DNA of 64,000 nucleotides from an uncultured Eubacteriales bacterium (GTDB lineage: Bacteria; Acidobacteriota; Aminicenantia; Aminicenantales; Aminicenantaceae), in contig CAYWDH010000001.1 in assembly GCA_964456985.1 (NCBI GenBank), forward strand, positions 84,714 to 148,713, given 5' to 3'. Made by a program: the position numbers and the translations under genes. Every line of letters starts with the position of its first letter. The stretch's first letter is position 1. The notes below the pieces were generated by a model. It made no database searches. It saw nothing but the letters and a program-made list of their open reading frames with translations, and was not told the origin of the DNA. Positions 1 to 7,871 of the stretch are shown piece after piece.

Positions 1-383
1 AACTTAGTGGCATGCATATCTGATTCCCATGCCTCTCTTCGCAGAACTCTTTTGATATGGGGATCATCCGCCTTGTCCGCTTCCTGGTTGTAATGAGGTA
101 TCAGTTTCATCTCATAGGCCACATAAGATTTAAATATGGTAGCCCGGCTTGTCGGGTCATGAGGATACCCAGCCGGAGTCATATCCGGCTCTCCTCCCTT
201 CTGGGCAATGATCCTTCCCAGCCAATGCATATGCCACATCTCTTCTCTAGCCCTTGAGAGGAGCTTGGCGCCTAAAGGCGTTTCCTCCCCTTCCAGATAA
301 CTATGGATGAGGTAGCGAACGACTGCGGCATGTTCATCCCGAATGTCCCTGTTCAGCATAATGACCAATTCTTTATCGTCCAA
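1..383 (-). CDS. Ferritin-like di-iron domain protein (bacterioferritin/rubrerythrin-like), 3' end runs off the window; not in the ORF track
   Basis: Manual translation from TTG at 383 (GGAGG upstream): MDDKELVIMLNRDIRDEHAAVVRYLIHSY...AREEMWHMHWLG...YEMKLIPHY...REAWESDMH; E..Y, EExxH, E and ExxH ligand pattern. Confidence 0.8.
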   Translation of the reverse strand, partial: MDDKELVIMLNRDIRDEHAAVVRYLIHSYLEGEETPLGAKLLSRAREEMWHMHWLGRIIAQKGGEPDMTPAGYPHDPTSRATIFKSYVAYEMKLIPHYNQEADKADDPHIKRVLRREAWESDMHATK

Positions 384-450
384 TTTTTTCCTCCCCGGTA
401 TTTATTTTACTCTATGTTTAAATTTTTGGATAAAGGAGTACTGTAATTTC

Positions 451-819
451 TTAAAAAAGAGACCCACTTGACTCATTCCACCTAATCTCATATTCATATG
501 TAGAAACTTGAGAATAGGAAGCCTGAGATAAACAATCAAAGCTGCTTGTTTGTCCAGGATCCAAATCATTAGAAGTGACATAAGTGAAGGCCGTATCCAG
601 GACGTTATCCCCAGAATCTTTTATGGTGAATGTAATCTTTACATTTAAGGCTTTTTTATCCCCATCATTTTTTATTTCCCCGAGAAATTCAGCATTTCCA
701 GAAGAATCTTGCTGCATAGTGATTTCTCCCAAAATAATACAGTGGGCTTCTTTGTTAGATAAATTGCAGCTGCTGCTGAGTATGATGAGACACATCAATA
801 TTAAGACATTTTTTTTCAT
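451..819 (-). CDS. FxLYD-domain-like Ig-fold lipoprotein
   Basis: Lipobox LSSSC; GEIKNDG..NVKITFTIKD..NVLD..LDPGQTSSF pattern. Confidence 0.7.
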   Translation of the reverse strand: MKKNVLILMCLIILSSSCNLSNKEAHCIILGEITMQQDSSGNAEFLGEIKNDGDKKALNVKITFTIKDSGDNVLDTAFTYVTSNDLDPGQTSSFDCLSQASYSQVSTYEYEIRWNESSGSLF

Positions 820-950
820 TTGTTCCTCTTTTTCTATAACTTTTTGAATGTTTTTATCTTTTTTATGTTATTCCTTATCTTATTGAATTTCAATTTCTTT
901 TTTCGGTGCTCCACTTTCTATTGACAGGAGCACACAATGCCCGAATGAGG

Positions 951-1077
951 CTTCATTGGAGCTTAGACTGCTTATGGTTAACACTATGAATACTCGTTCC
1001 CCCCGATCTGCTATGGACATCTAGATAATCCCCTCTCAAATATGAACCACGATTCTGAAACATATAGAGTGAAAAAG
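951..1077. repeat. Diverged ~127-bp intergenic direct repeat, copy A (copy B at 6507-6634)
   Basis: Shared blocks in the same order: CTTCATTG, AGACTGCT, TTCCCCCC.ATCTGC, AGATAATCCCCTCTCA, AAACATA..TAGA.TGAAAAAG. Confidence 0.8.
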
Positions 1078-1190
1078 TTCTTTGCGTTCTCTTCATAAAT
1101 TCGGATTCTTCATTGAATGTTCTTTTTCTTTTATATAATATGGGTAATAAACGAGGAAAATCTATTCAAATTGAGGGAAAGGAGGTTCTC

Positions 1191-1427
1191 ATGAATGCTT
1201 TGCACATCATATGGGATGTCTGTTTCATCCTTCTCGGTATTATTTTAATCATTTTCAGTTTCTCAGGGGATCTTGAGGCCTATTGGGCATTGATATGCCT
1301 GGCTTTGATGGGATGGGCTGTTTGGGATTTGAGAAAACAGATCCGTGAAATCCGCAAAAAGGGTGAACTTAGCCAGATGGAAAAAGAACGCGACGAGATA
1401 CGCGAACGACTGGAAAAGGAGGAGTAA
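1191..1427 (+). CDS. Small membrane protein, 2 TM plus coiled-coil tail
   Basis: GGAGG SD before ATG 1191; two hydrophobic segments; charged C-terminus. Confidence 0.7.
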   Translation: MNALHIIWDVCFILLGIILIIFSFSGDLEAYWALICLALMGWAVWDLRKQIREIRKKGELSQMEKERDEIRERLEKEE

Positions 1428-1429
1428 AA

Positions 1430-1819
1430 GTGGATCCCATTACGATTGCACTTATCGGTTTCGCAATTATTGCATTTGTAGCTGCAGGAATTATCAAACT
1501 TATCAAAGGAGAAAAGGCAAAAAAGCATCTGGCTGAAGCTGATGAGGCGCTGAAAAGCGGGGATGACAAGACGGCCATTCTCAGTTTCAAGAGAGCATTA
1601 AACAACGCCAATGAGAATCCTGAAAAAGAAGCCGCTATTCTGGCTCAGCTGGAAGTACTCTATAAAAAGCATGGACTTGAATATGATTTAACCGATTTTC
1701 ACAAACTCACCGATCAATTCAAGATACTGAAGAAAAAATCCTCGAATAAGGCCCTACGTGGGTTGACAAAAACGCTCACATTGAAGAAGCAAATTGTCAA
1801 GAAGCTTCCGGAGTTATAG
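1430..1819 (+). CDS. Membrane-anchored hypothetical protein with a TPR-like helix pair
   Basis: GGAGGAG SD, GTG start, N-terminal TM, LAEADEALKSGDDKTAILSFKRAL. Confidence 0.7.
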   Translation: MDPITIALIGFAIIAFVAAGIIKLIKGEKAKKHLAEADEALKSGDDKTAILSFKRALNNANENPEKEAAILAQLEVLYKKHGLEYDLTDFHKLTDQFKILKKKSSNKALRGLTKTLTLKKQIVKKLPEL

Positions 1820-1975
1820 TCGGGAATATTGTAATTAGCTCATTTGACGATTTATTTCGAAATAGATGTTCAAGTAACAATCTATATGATTAATGTATTA
1901 GGCAGTGATGAATTGCCCGACCTATATCCTTAAGGGGAGACGGATTACTGAAGCCTTGAAAATTAGGAGGGTATT

Positions 1976-4900
1976 ATGACAGATAAAAAGGACAAAACAG
2001 AATCGCTTGATCAAACAAAGACAACGCTGCCAAACGAACCTATGGAAAAGATCAGGATTGTCGGCAATTATAAAATCCTCGAAGAAATTGGCAAAGGGGG
2101 AATGGGGACGGTTTATTTGGCCCAGCAAGAAAAGCCGATGAAACGAAAAGTCGCCATAAAGGTCATAAAACCTGGCATGGACAGCAAGGAAGTTATTGCT
2201 CGTTTTGAGTCAGAACAACAGGCTTTAGCTTTGATGAATCATCCAAAAATTGCACAAGTTTATGATTCAGGATTAACAGATCAAGGTCATCCTTATTTTG
2301 TCATGGAATATGTACCGGGTTTGCCGATTACTGAATATTGTGACAAATACAAAATGACCACAAAAGAAAGGCTTATCCTTTTTCAAAAAGTATGCAGGGC
2401 TATCCAGCATGCCCATTTTAAAGGGATAGTTCATCGTGATATTAAGCCGACAAATATTTTGGTGAGTTTTCAAGACAATGAGCATATCCCGAAGATAATA
2501 GATTTCGGAGTTGCGAAAGCGTTGACCGATCAAGGCCTGACAGAAAAAACTTTGCATACTCGACACGGATTAGCTGTCGGGACCCCGGTTTATATGAGTC
2601 CAGAACAGGCAGAGTTAACCGGATTCGATATAGATACTCGCACAGATGTGTATTCGCTTGGAGTCCTGCTTTATGAATTACTTGTGGGGGCAACTCCATT
2701 TGACAAAGATGAACTCCAAAGAGCAGGAATTATCGAGATGCTGAGAATAATTCGAGAAGCTGATCCTCCTCGGCCCACCACAAGATATGGCTCGTTAACT
2801 AATACAACATTAGATATCGCGAAGAACCGGGGAACCAGCGAAGCAAATCTGAGAAAACAATTACAGGGTGATCTTGAATGGATTGTGATGAAGGCCCTGG
2901 AAAAAGACAGAAGGTATAGATATAACTCAGCAACTGATTTAGCAACAGATATTGATAATTTTTTGAATAAGAAACCCATTCAGGCCCGTCCTCCGAGCAT
3001 AGCATACAAAATAAAAAAATATGTTAGACGACATAAGACCGCTGCATTCGCCTTGGTTTCATTTCTGCTTCTAATCATTACTTTCTCTTTTTGGAATACA
3101 GTGGAGAGACATAGAGCAGAAAAGTCATTGAAAGAAGCCAATTACAATTTTGCGGTTGCTCTGAAAGAAAAGGCAAGAGCTTATGCAGAAAAGAAAGAAT
3201 GGCAGTTAGTAAAGCTGTACAATGTGAACTCATTGTTTTACCAAGCGAAAGCCCAAAAGTACTTATTGATGACTGATATAGAATTTCCTTTTAGATTTCC
3301 AGATTTGATGTTAAAACACAGAATCTATGGAGATTGGCCCTGGATATCTATGGCCTCATCCTTTAGCCTGAGTCCTGATGCTAAATATATGGCATCAGGA
3401 AGCAAGAGTGGAAAAATAAAAATTTGGGAAGTATCCAGCGGTAAAGTAACTTCCGCTATTAACACAGAAAATAAGATGATTGGTTTCCTGTGTTACAGTC
3501 CTGACGGAAAATATCTTGCTTCAGGAACTGGATGTGATTTGATAGGAACTTATGAAGTCAATCCACCGATAATAAAGGTCTGGGAAGTATCTAGCGGTAA
3601 GGAGATCGTGACATTTAGAGGTTTCAAAGATAAATTTTGCGGAACATTAAGATTCAGCCCCAGAGGGAGATATTTGGCCTATAATTCTTCGATATCCCAG
3701 GTTTCGTCTTTTAATATTGAATCTCCAGATAATATTCCTAATGAAAGCACAGGTGATTTTCTAAGCTATTCTGGAAGGGATGCTGTAAAGCTCTGGGAAA
3801 TATCCAGTGGAAAGGAGACTATTCTGAAAGGCCATGAAGGCTTTATAAAATCAATATGTTTCAACCCTGATGGAATGAATATTGCTACAACGGATTCAAA
3901 AGGAACGATTAGAATCTGGGATGTTTCGAACGGTATGGAAATGACTCGTTATCTCGATAAAGGGGGTGGTCCGTTATGCTACAGCCCTGATGGAGAATAT
4001 CTTGCTGCTGTTCGCCAAATTGAGGAGAGATTGTCTCCAGATCCAGCGGAAGATCCAGTAATAAATCTCTTAGAAGAATCCAGCGGAAAAGTCGCTCTTG
4101 AGCTAAAAGGTCACAAACAGGAAATAAAATCACTAAGCTACAGTGTTGATGGAAATTATTTGGCTTCAGGTGACTCAGCTAATACGATCAAGATATGGGA
4201 TGTATCTAGTGGAAAAGAGATTTTTACTGTTTCTGGAATAGGCGATCACGCTCTGTTCTTAAAAGACGGAAAACATTTGGCAACTATGAATTCTAAAGAT
4301 TGTCAATTGACTGTCTGGGAAATATCTGATACTGAAACTCTGTTTACACTGAGGGAACACAGGGGAGAGATCACTTCTCTATACTTCAGCAAAAATGACA
4401 ACGCACTGACTTCAAAATGTCACGGAAGAGAGGTCATATTCTGGGATTTGAGTAAACAGAAACAGATAGGCTTCCATTCTAATCCGGAAGATAATGTTTT
4501 TTCTTTAGATGGAAAGTATGAAGCAAGATTTAACACAGAAGGAACAATCCGAATAATGGAGCATATGGATGCAGAATCGTACATGGAGGCAGAGACGAGT
4601 ATGATGGACCCTAAGAAAAAAATGGAGTTCATACAAATAGAACTGGGACGGGCTAGATCAGATTTTGCTAAACTGAAGCATAAAGATGTTATTTCTGTGT
4701 GTTTTAGTCCTGAGGGAAAATATCTGGCCTCCGGAGACAAAAACGGAATCATTAAGACCTGGAAATTAACATCGAGTCAGGAACTCGCAACTATAAATAC
4801 GAACACCGTGCCGGTCGATTTGATAAAATTTAGTGACAGCGGAAAATACCTGGCAGCTTTCAGCAGGTCTGGAGATTCGATTGAGATCTGGGAAGCTTCC

Positions 4901-5953
4901 ACTGGCAGAGAGATTAAAACTTTGAGGGCTCATAGAGGAGGAGTGCGCACAGTAAATTTCAGTCCGGATCAGACATATTTGGCATCCTCTGGGGTCGAAG
5001 ATAATATAATTAAAGTATGGGAGATCTCTACTGGAAGAGAGATCGCCACTTTAAAGGGGCATAAAGCGGAGGTAAACGCATTAGATTTCAGTCCTGATGG
5101 TGAAGCTCTGGCTTCGGGCAGCTCGGATACAACAACAAAAATCTGGGAGATCCAGGGAGGCAAATGCATTACTCTTAGAGGACATAATGGCCCTGTCATG
5201 TCTGTCAGCTTCAGCAGTGATGCTAAGTATCTGGCCTCAGGCAGTGCAGACAAAACCATAAAAATCTGGAGTCTAAATCATATCGCAAATTATCTTTGGT
5301 TGGGATTAGACCAGCCGCATGAAGAAAAGGATGTCAAAAAAACTCTCGAGGAAGTTGAGGATCAGATAGGCTCTTTACTGGATGGAATCAATCCAGTCGA
5401 TGCAAATTTCTATTTTAATTCGGGAAAAGATTGTGCTGAAAGAGGAGAGTATATAAAAGCCATTGAGGAGTATAAAAAATCACTCCAACTTGTACCCAAT
5501 TTCATAAAAGCTCTAAATAGCCTGGGTGAAGCTTATTACATGCTTGGGGAATATGATGAGGCCCACGATGCGTTCAGCAGATCAATCGATATCGATAGTT
5601 TCTCCCCATTCCCGCATTTCAATATTGCCTTAACTTATCTGAGTCAGAATCAGTACAAAAGGGCCAACGATTACTACCGGTATATAGTAGAGGAACTCAG
5701 TTTTAATCCTTATGATGGCATAGGAGACATCCAGGAATTATTAGACAGGAAACCTGACTTGATCTTTGCTTATTTGATTCGAGGGTATTTAAATATGAGA
5801 TTCCTTAAAACTGACCCCCCAGACAAGGAACTAAGAATCACAAAAACCAAAGAGTTTATCAATAAGTTTATCAAAGAGTATGAAGGTGACCAGAAGTGGA
5901 AGGATGTGGCAAGAGAATTATTGTCAGAACTGAAAAGTCAGAGTAAAAAATAA
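1976..5953 (+). CDS. Hanks-type Ser/Thr kinase with TM helix, WD40 repeats and C-terminal TPRs
   Basis: GKGGMGTVY, VAIK, HRDIKPTN, DFG, GTPVYMSPEQ; many GH..FSPDG.YLASGS.D.TIKIW repeats; TPRs near the C-terminus; AGGAGG SD. Confidence 0.95.
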   Translation: MTDKKDKTESLDQTKTTLPNEPMEKIRIVGNYKILEEIGKGGMGTVYLAQQEKPMKRKVAIKVIKPGMDSKEVIARFESEQQALALMNHPKIAQVYDSGLTDQGHPYFVMEYVPGLPITEYCDKYKMTTKERLILFQKVCRAIQHAHFKGIVHRDIKPTNILVSFQDNEHIPKIIDFGVAKALTDQGLTEKTLHTRHGLAVGTPVYMSPEQAELTGFDIDTRTDVYSLGVLLYELLVGATPFDKDELQRAGIIEMLRIIREADPPRPTTRYGSLTNTTLDIAKNRGTSEANLRKQLQGDLEWIVMKALEKDRRYRYNSATDLATDIDNFLNKKPIQARPPSIAYKIKKYVRRHKTAAFALVSFLLLIITFSFWNTVERHRAEKSLKEANYNFAVALKEKARAYAEKKEWQLVKLYNVNSLFYQAKAQKYLLMTDIEFPFRFPDLMLKHRIYGDWPWISMASSFSLSPDAKYMASGSKSGKIKIWEVSSGKVTSAINTENKMIGFLCYSPDGKYLASGTGCDLIGTYEVNPPIIKVWEVSSGKEIVTFRGFKDKFCGTLRFSPRGRYLAYNSSISQVSSFNIESPDNIPNESTGDFLSYSGRDAVKLWEISSGKETILKGHEGFIKSICFNPDGMNIATTDSKGTIRIWDVSNGMEMTRYLDKGGGPLCYSPDGEYLAAVRQIEERLSPDPAEDPVINLLEESSGKVALELKGHKQEIKSLSYSVDGNYLASGDSANTIKIWDVSSGKEIFTVSGIGDHALFLKDGKHLATMNSKDCQLTVWEISDTETLFTLREHRGEITSLYFSKNDNALTSKCHGREVIFWDLSKQKQIGFHSNPEDNVFSLDGKYEARFNTEGTIRIMEHMDAESYMEAETSMMDPKKKMEFIQIELGRARSDFAKLKHKDVISVCFSPEGKYLASGDKNGIIKTWKLTSSQELATINTNTVPVDLIKFSDSGKYLAAFSRSGDSIEIWEASTGREIKTLRAHRGGVRTVNFSPDQTYLASSGVEDNIIKVWEISTGREIATLKGHKAEVNALDFSPDGEALASGSSDTTTKIWEIQGGKCITLRGHNGPVMSVSFSSDAKYLASGSADKTIKIWSLNHIANYLWLGLDQPHEEKDVKKTLEEVEDQIGSLLDGINPVDANFYFNSGKDCAERGEYIKAIEEYKKSLQLVPNFIKALNSLGEAYYMLGEYDEAHDAFSRSIDIDSFSPFPHFNIALTYLSQNQYKRANDYYRYIVEELSFNPYDGIGDIQELLDRKPDLIFAYLIRGYLNMRFLKTDPPDKELRITKTKEFINKFIKEYEGDQKWKDVARELLSELKSQSKK

Positions 5954-5993
5954 TGAGGCATGATAAATAATTTAACGATATTCTGTTTAATTT

Positions 5994-6440
5994 TTATTTA
6001 CTTTTTCGCACTTCTTTTATCATTTCAATGACAGGCGTGATCAATGCTTCAGGCTTTTCCATATGAATATTGTGCCCTACATCATTAACGATAATGTGTT
6101 TCCCCCCAGGAATCATGGCTGCCAATTTTTTCTGCATTTCTATTCCCAGTTCTGCCATTTCCTTGACAGCTTTTTCACTAAATACAGGAGGCATGCCTTT
6201 TGTCCGGTCCCCGGCTGTTAAAACAACAAAAGGGACCTGAGGGAGCGGCGCGCTGTTCTTTACCTGTTCCATTGTGATATCTTGATTCGGGAATTTTTCC
6301 TGAAGTGAGCCATTTCTCTCCAGTGATTCGTTCGGATCAGTTGAAGTTGTTGGATTGGCCATTGCACTGATAAGGATAAAAATGAGTGAAAGGGCAAAAA
6401 AGATAAGAAAATTACTCAAACGTGATAGAAAATGTCTCAT
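5994..6440 (-). pseudogene. Signal peptide fused to only the C-terminal part of an alpha/beta hydrolase (probable in-frame internal deletion)
   Basis: PLPQVPFVVLTAG...GHNIHMEKPE C-terminal motif present; no GxSxG nucleophile region; 148 aa; GGAGG SD. Confidence 0.6.
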
Positions 6441-6506
6441 TCGATACCTCCTGCCATCTAGAATTCAATACTATTGAAGAATGCTAATCGTTGCAAAAAA
6501 TTGGGC

Positions 6507-6634
6507 CTTCATTGTGATTCAGACTGCTAACCGGTTATCACTTTGAGGACTCATTCCCCCCAATCTGCCTTGAAAATTGAGATAATCCCCTCTCAGAAAG
6601 AAGAATAAAAATAAAACATATTAGATTGAAAAAG
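6507..6634. repeat. Diverged ~127-bp intergenic direct repeat, copy B
   Basis: Same blocks and orientation as 951-1077. Confidence 0.8.
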
Positions 6635-6755
6635 AAATTACTTATGTGAAATTTCTTTCTTAACAAAATTTTGACAAACAATTGACTTCCCCGTGACAAC
6701 TTATAAGGCTGTTCGAATTAAATTGGGAATAGAAAAAGATAAAAGGAGGACAAAA

Positions 6756-7481
6756 ATGAGATTCCAAATTAAAAAATCATTCATTTTTATTTCTATCTTT
6801 GTTTTCTCAATCTCGGCTTTTTCTATGGGAGAGACACCCAAAAAATGGAATTTCTCTTTGACAGAACATCCAGAAATATCTCTGTATAATTTCTGTTCTG
6901 AAAATTCCCCTAACACGAGCATTTATTATGAAGAAGGAGAAAGTAAAAGAAGAGAAGTCCCACCTTTAAAACCTGAAAGAACATTAGGAGAAGCCCTATC
7001 AGGAGCAGCACTGGGAGTTGCAGGCTTATATGGCGGATTTTTTATTGGTGGCGGATTTGGCGATTATTTCTTACCCCCACTAGATGCGATTATATTTGGT
7101 ATTACTGGGTGGGCCCTTGGCTCATCATTGGGTATATACATCATCGGAAGTATTGGAAATCAAACAGGCTCCTATCTGGCAACTATAGCGGGAAGTGTTT
7201 TAGGAGGATTGGCAGGGGGGGCTTTGGGCTATTTTAGTCTTTATCTTATTCCATTAGGAGATTTGTTTGTTTTGTCTCCTTTTATTGGGTCTGTTGTGGG
7301 GGGAATTATAGGTTTTAATTTAACCCGTAGATACAAAAGCTCCGGACTTTCTGAAAAATCACTTATCAACTTCAACAATGGAAAAATGAAGTTGGGTTTT
7401 CCCCAGATTACTTTTCGTCCAAATCCTTTTGTCAGAGGTAATTTAATTCATACAGTAAATCTGGTGAGTGTGAGCTTTTAA
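6756..7481 (+). CDS. Exported/membrane protein with glycine-zipper helices
   Basis: AGGAGG SD before ATG 6756; signal peptide; repeated GxxxG helices; ends in VNLVSVSF. Confidence 0.75.
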   Translation: MRFQIKKSFIFISIFVFSISAFSMGETPKKWNFSLTEHPEISLYNFCSENSPNTSIYYEEGESKRREVPPLKPERTLGEALSGAALGVAGLYGGFFIGGGFGDYFLPPLDAIIFGITGWALGSSLGIYIIGSIGNQTGSYLATIAGSVLGGLAGGALGYFSLYLIPLGDLFVLSPFIGSVVGGIIGFNLTRRYKSSGLSEKSLINFNNGKMKLGFPQITFRPNPFVRGNLIHTVNLVSVSF

Positions 7482-7592
7482 ATTTGAAGAATTACAATTG
7501 TGGATGGGAACAGAATATTACCGGAGAGTTTATTTCTTCTTTAAATGATAGAAATTCCCCTAACTCCCCTATTTATAAGCAGTTAGAGCAAG

Positions 7593-7665
7593 CACGCCCG
7601 GAGGGATTTGAACCCCCGACCTTTGGATTCGAAGTCCACCGCTCTATCCGCTGAGCTACGGGCGC
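7593..7665 (-). tRNA. tRNA-Arg (anticodon TCG), CCA not encoded
   Basis: GCGCCCG acceptor stem pairing with CGGGCGT; D arm GCTCAGCGGATAGAGC; anticodon loop CT-TCG-AA; T loop GGTTCAAATC. Confidence 0.95.
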
Positions 7666-7835
7666 ACGTTGTTCCCGATTATTTTATCCTTAGGAAACAA
7701 GAAAATGCAAGTCTTCATCCCCCTTTAGAGATTCCCGATTCAAAATGTTCATTTTCGGACATTTTGTGTTCACTCTGATACAGATTTTCTGACTAAATTC
7801 CCCCAAAAAGCAATGAACACCCTTAACACAAAACA

Positions 7836-7851
7836 TGGCACGCTTCTTGCT
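7836..7851 (+). promoter_or_regulatory. sigma54 (-24/-12) promoter for the DUF5916-permease pair
   Basis: TGGCACGCTTCTTGCT matches TGGCACG-N4-TTGCW exactly. Confidence 0.85.
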
Positions 7852-7871
7852 CCTTAATGAATCGTTCCGCT

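Noticed and set aside
57-257. 66-aa plus-strand ORF
   Set aside because: Antisense shadow of the ferritin-like gene
906-933. GTGCTCC/GGAGCAC hairpin as a terminator or IS-end remnant
   Set aside because: No U-tract follows on either strand, and no partner IR or transposase was seen
3350-5280. Repeated DNA motifs in the kinase gene as an array or DGR target
   Set aside because: Explained by WD40 coding repeats; no reverse transcriptase or template repeat present
6492-6508. Possible sigma54 site on the minus strand
   Set aside because: GG-GC spacing is 11 rather than 10 nt and the -24 box is poor
384-7592. Duplicated tRNA 3' end (att site) or integrase for the island
   Set aside because: None seen by eye
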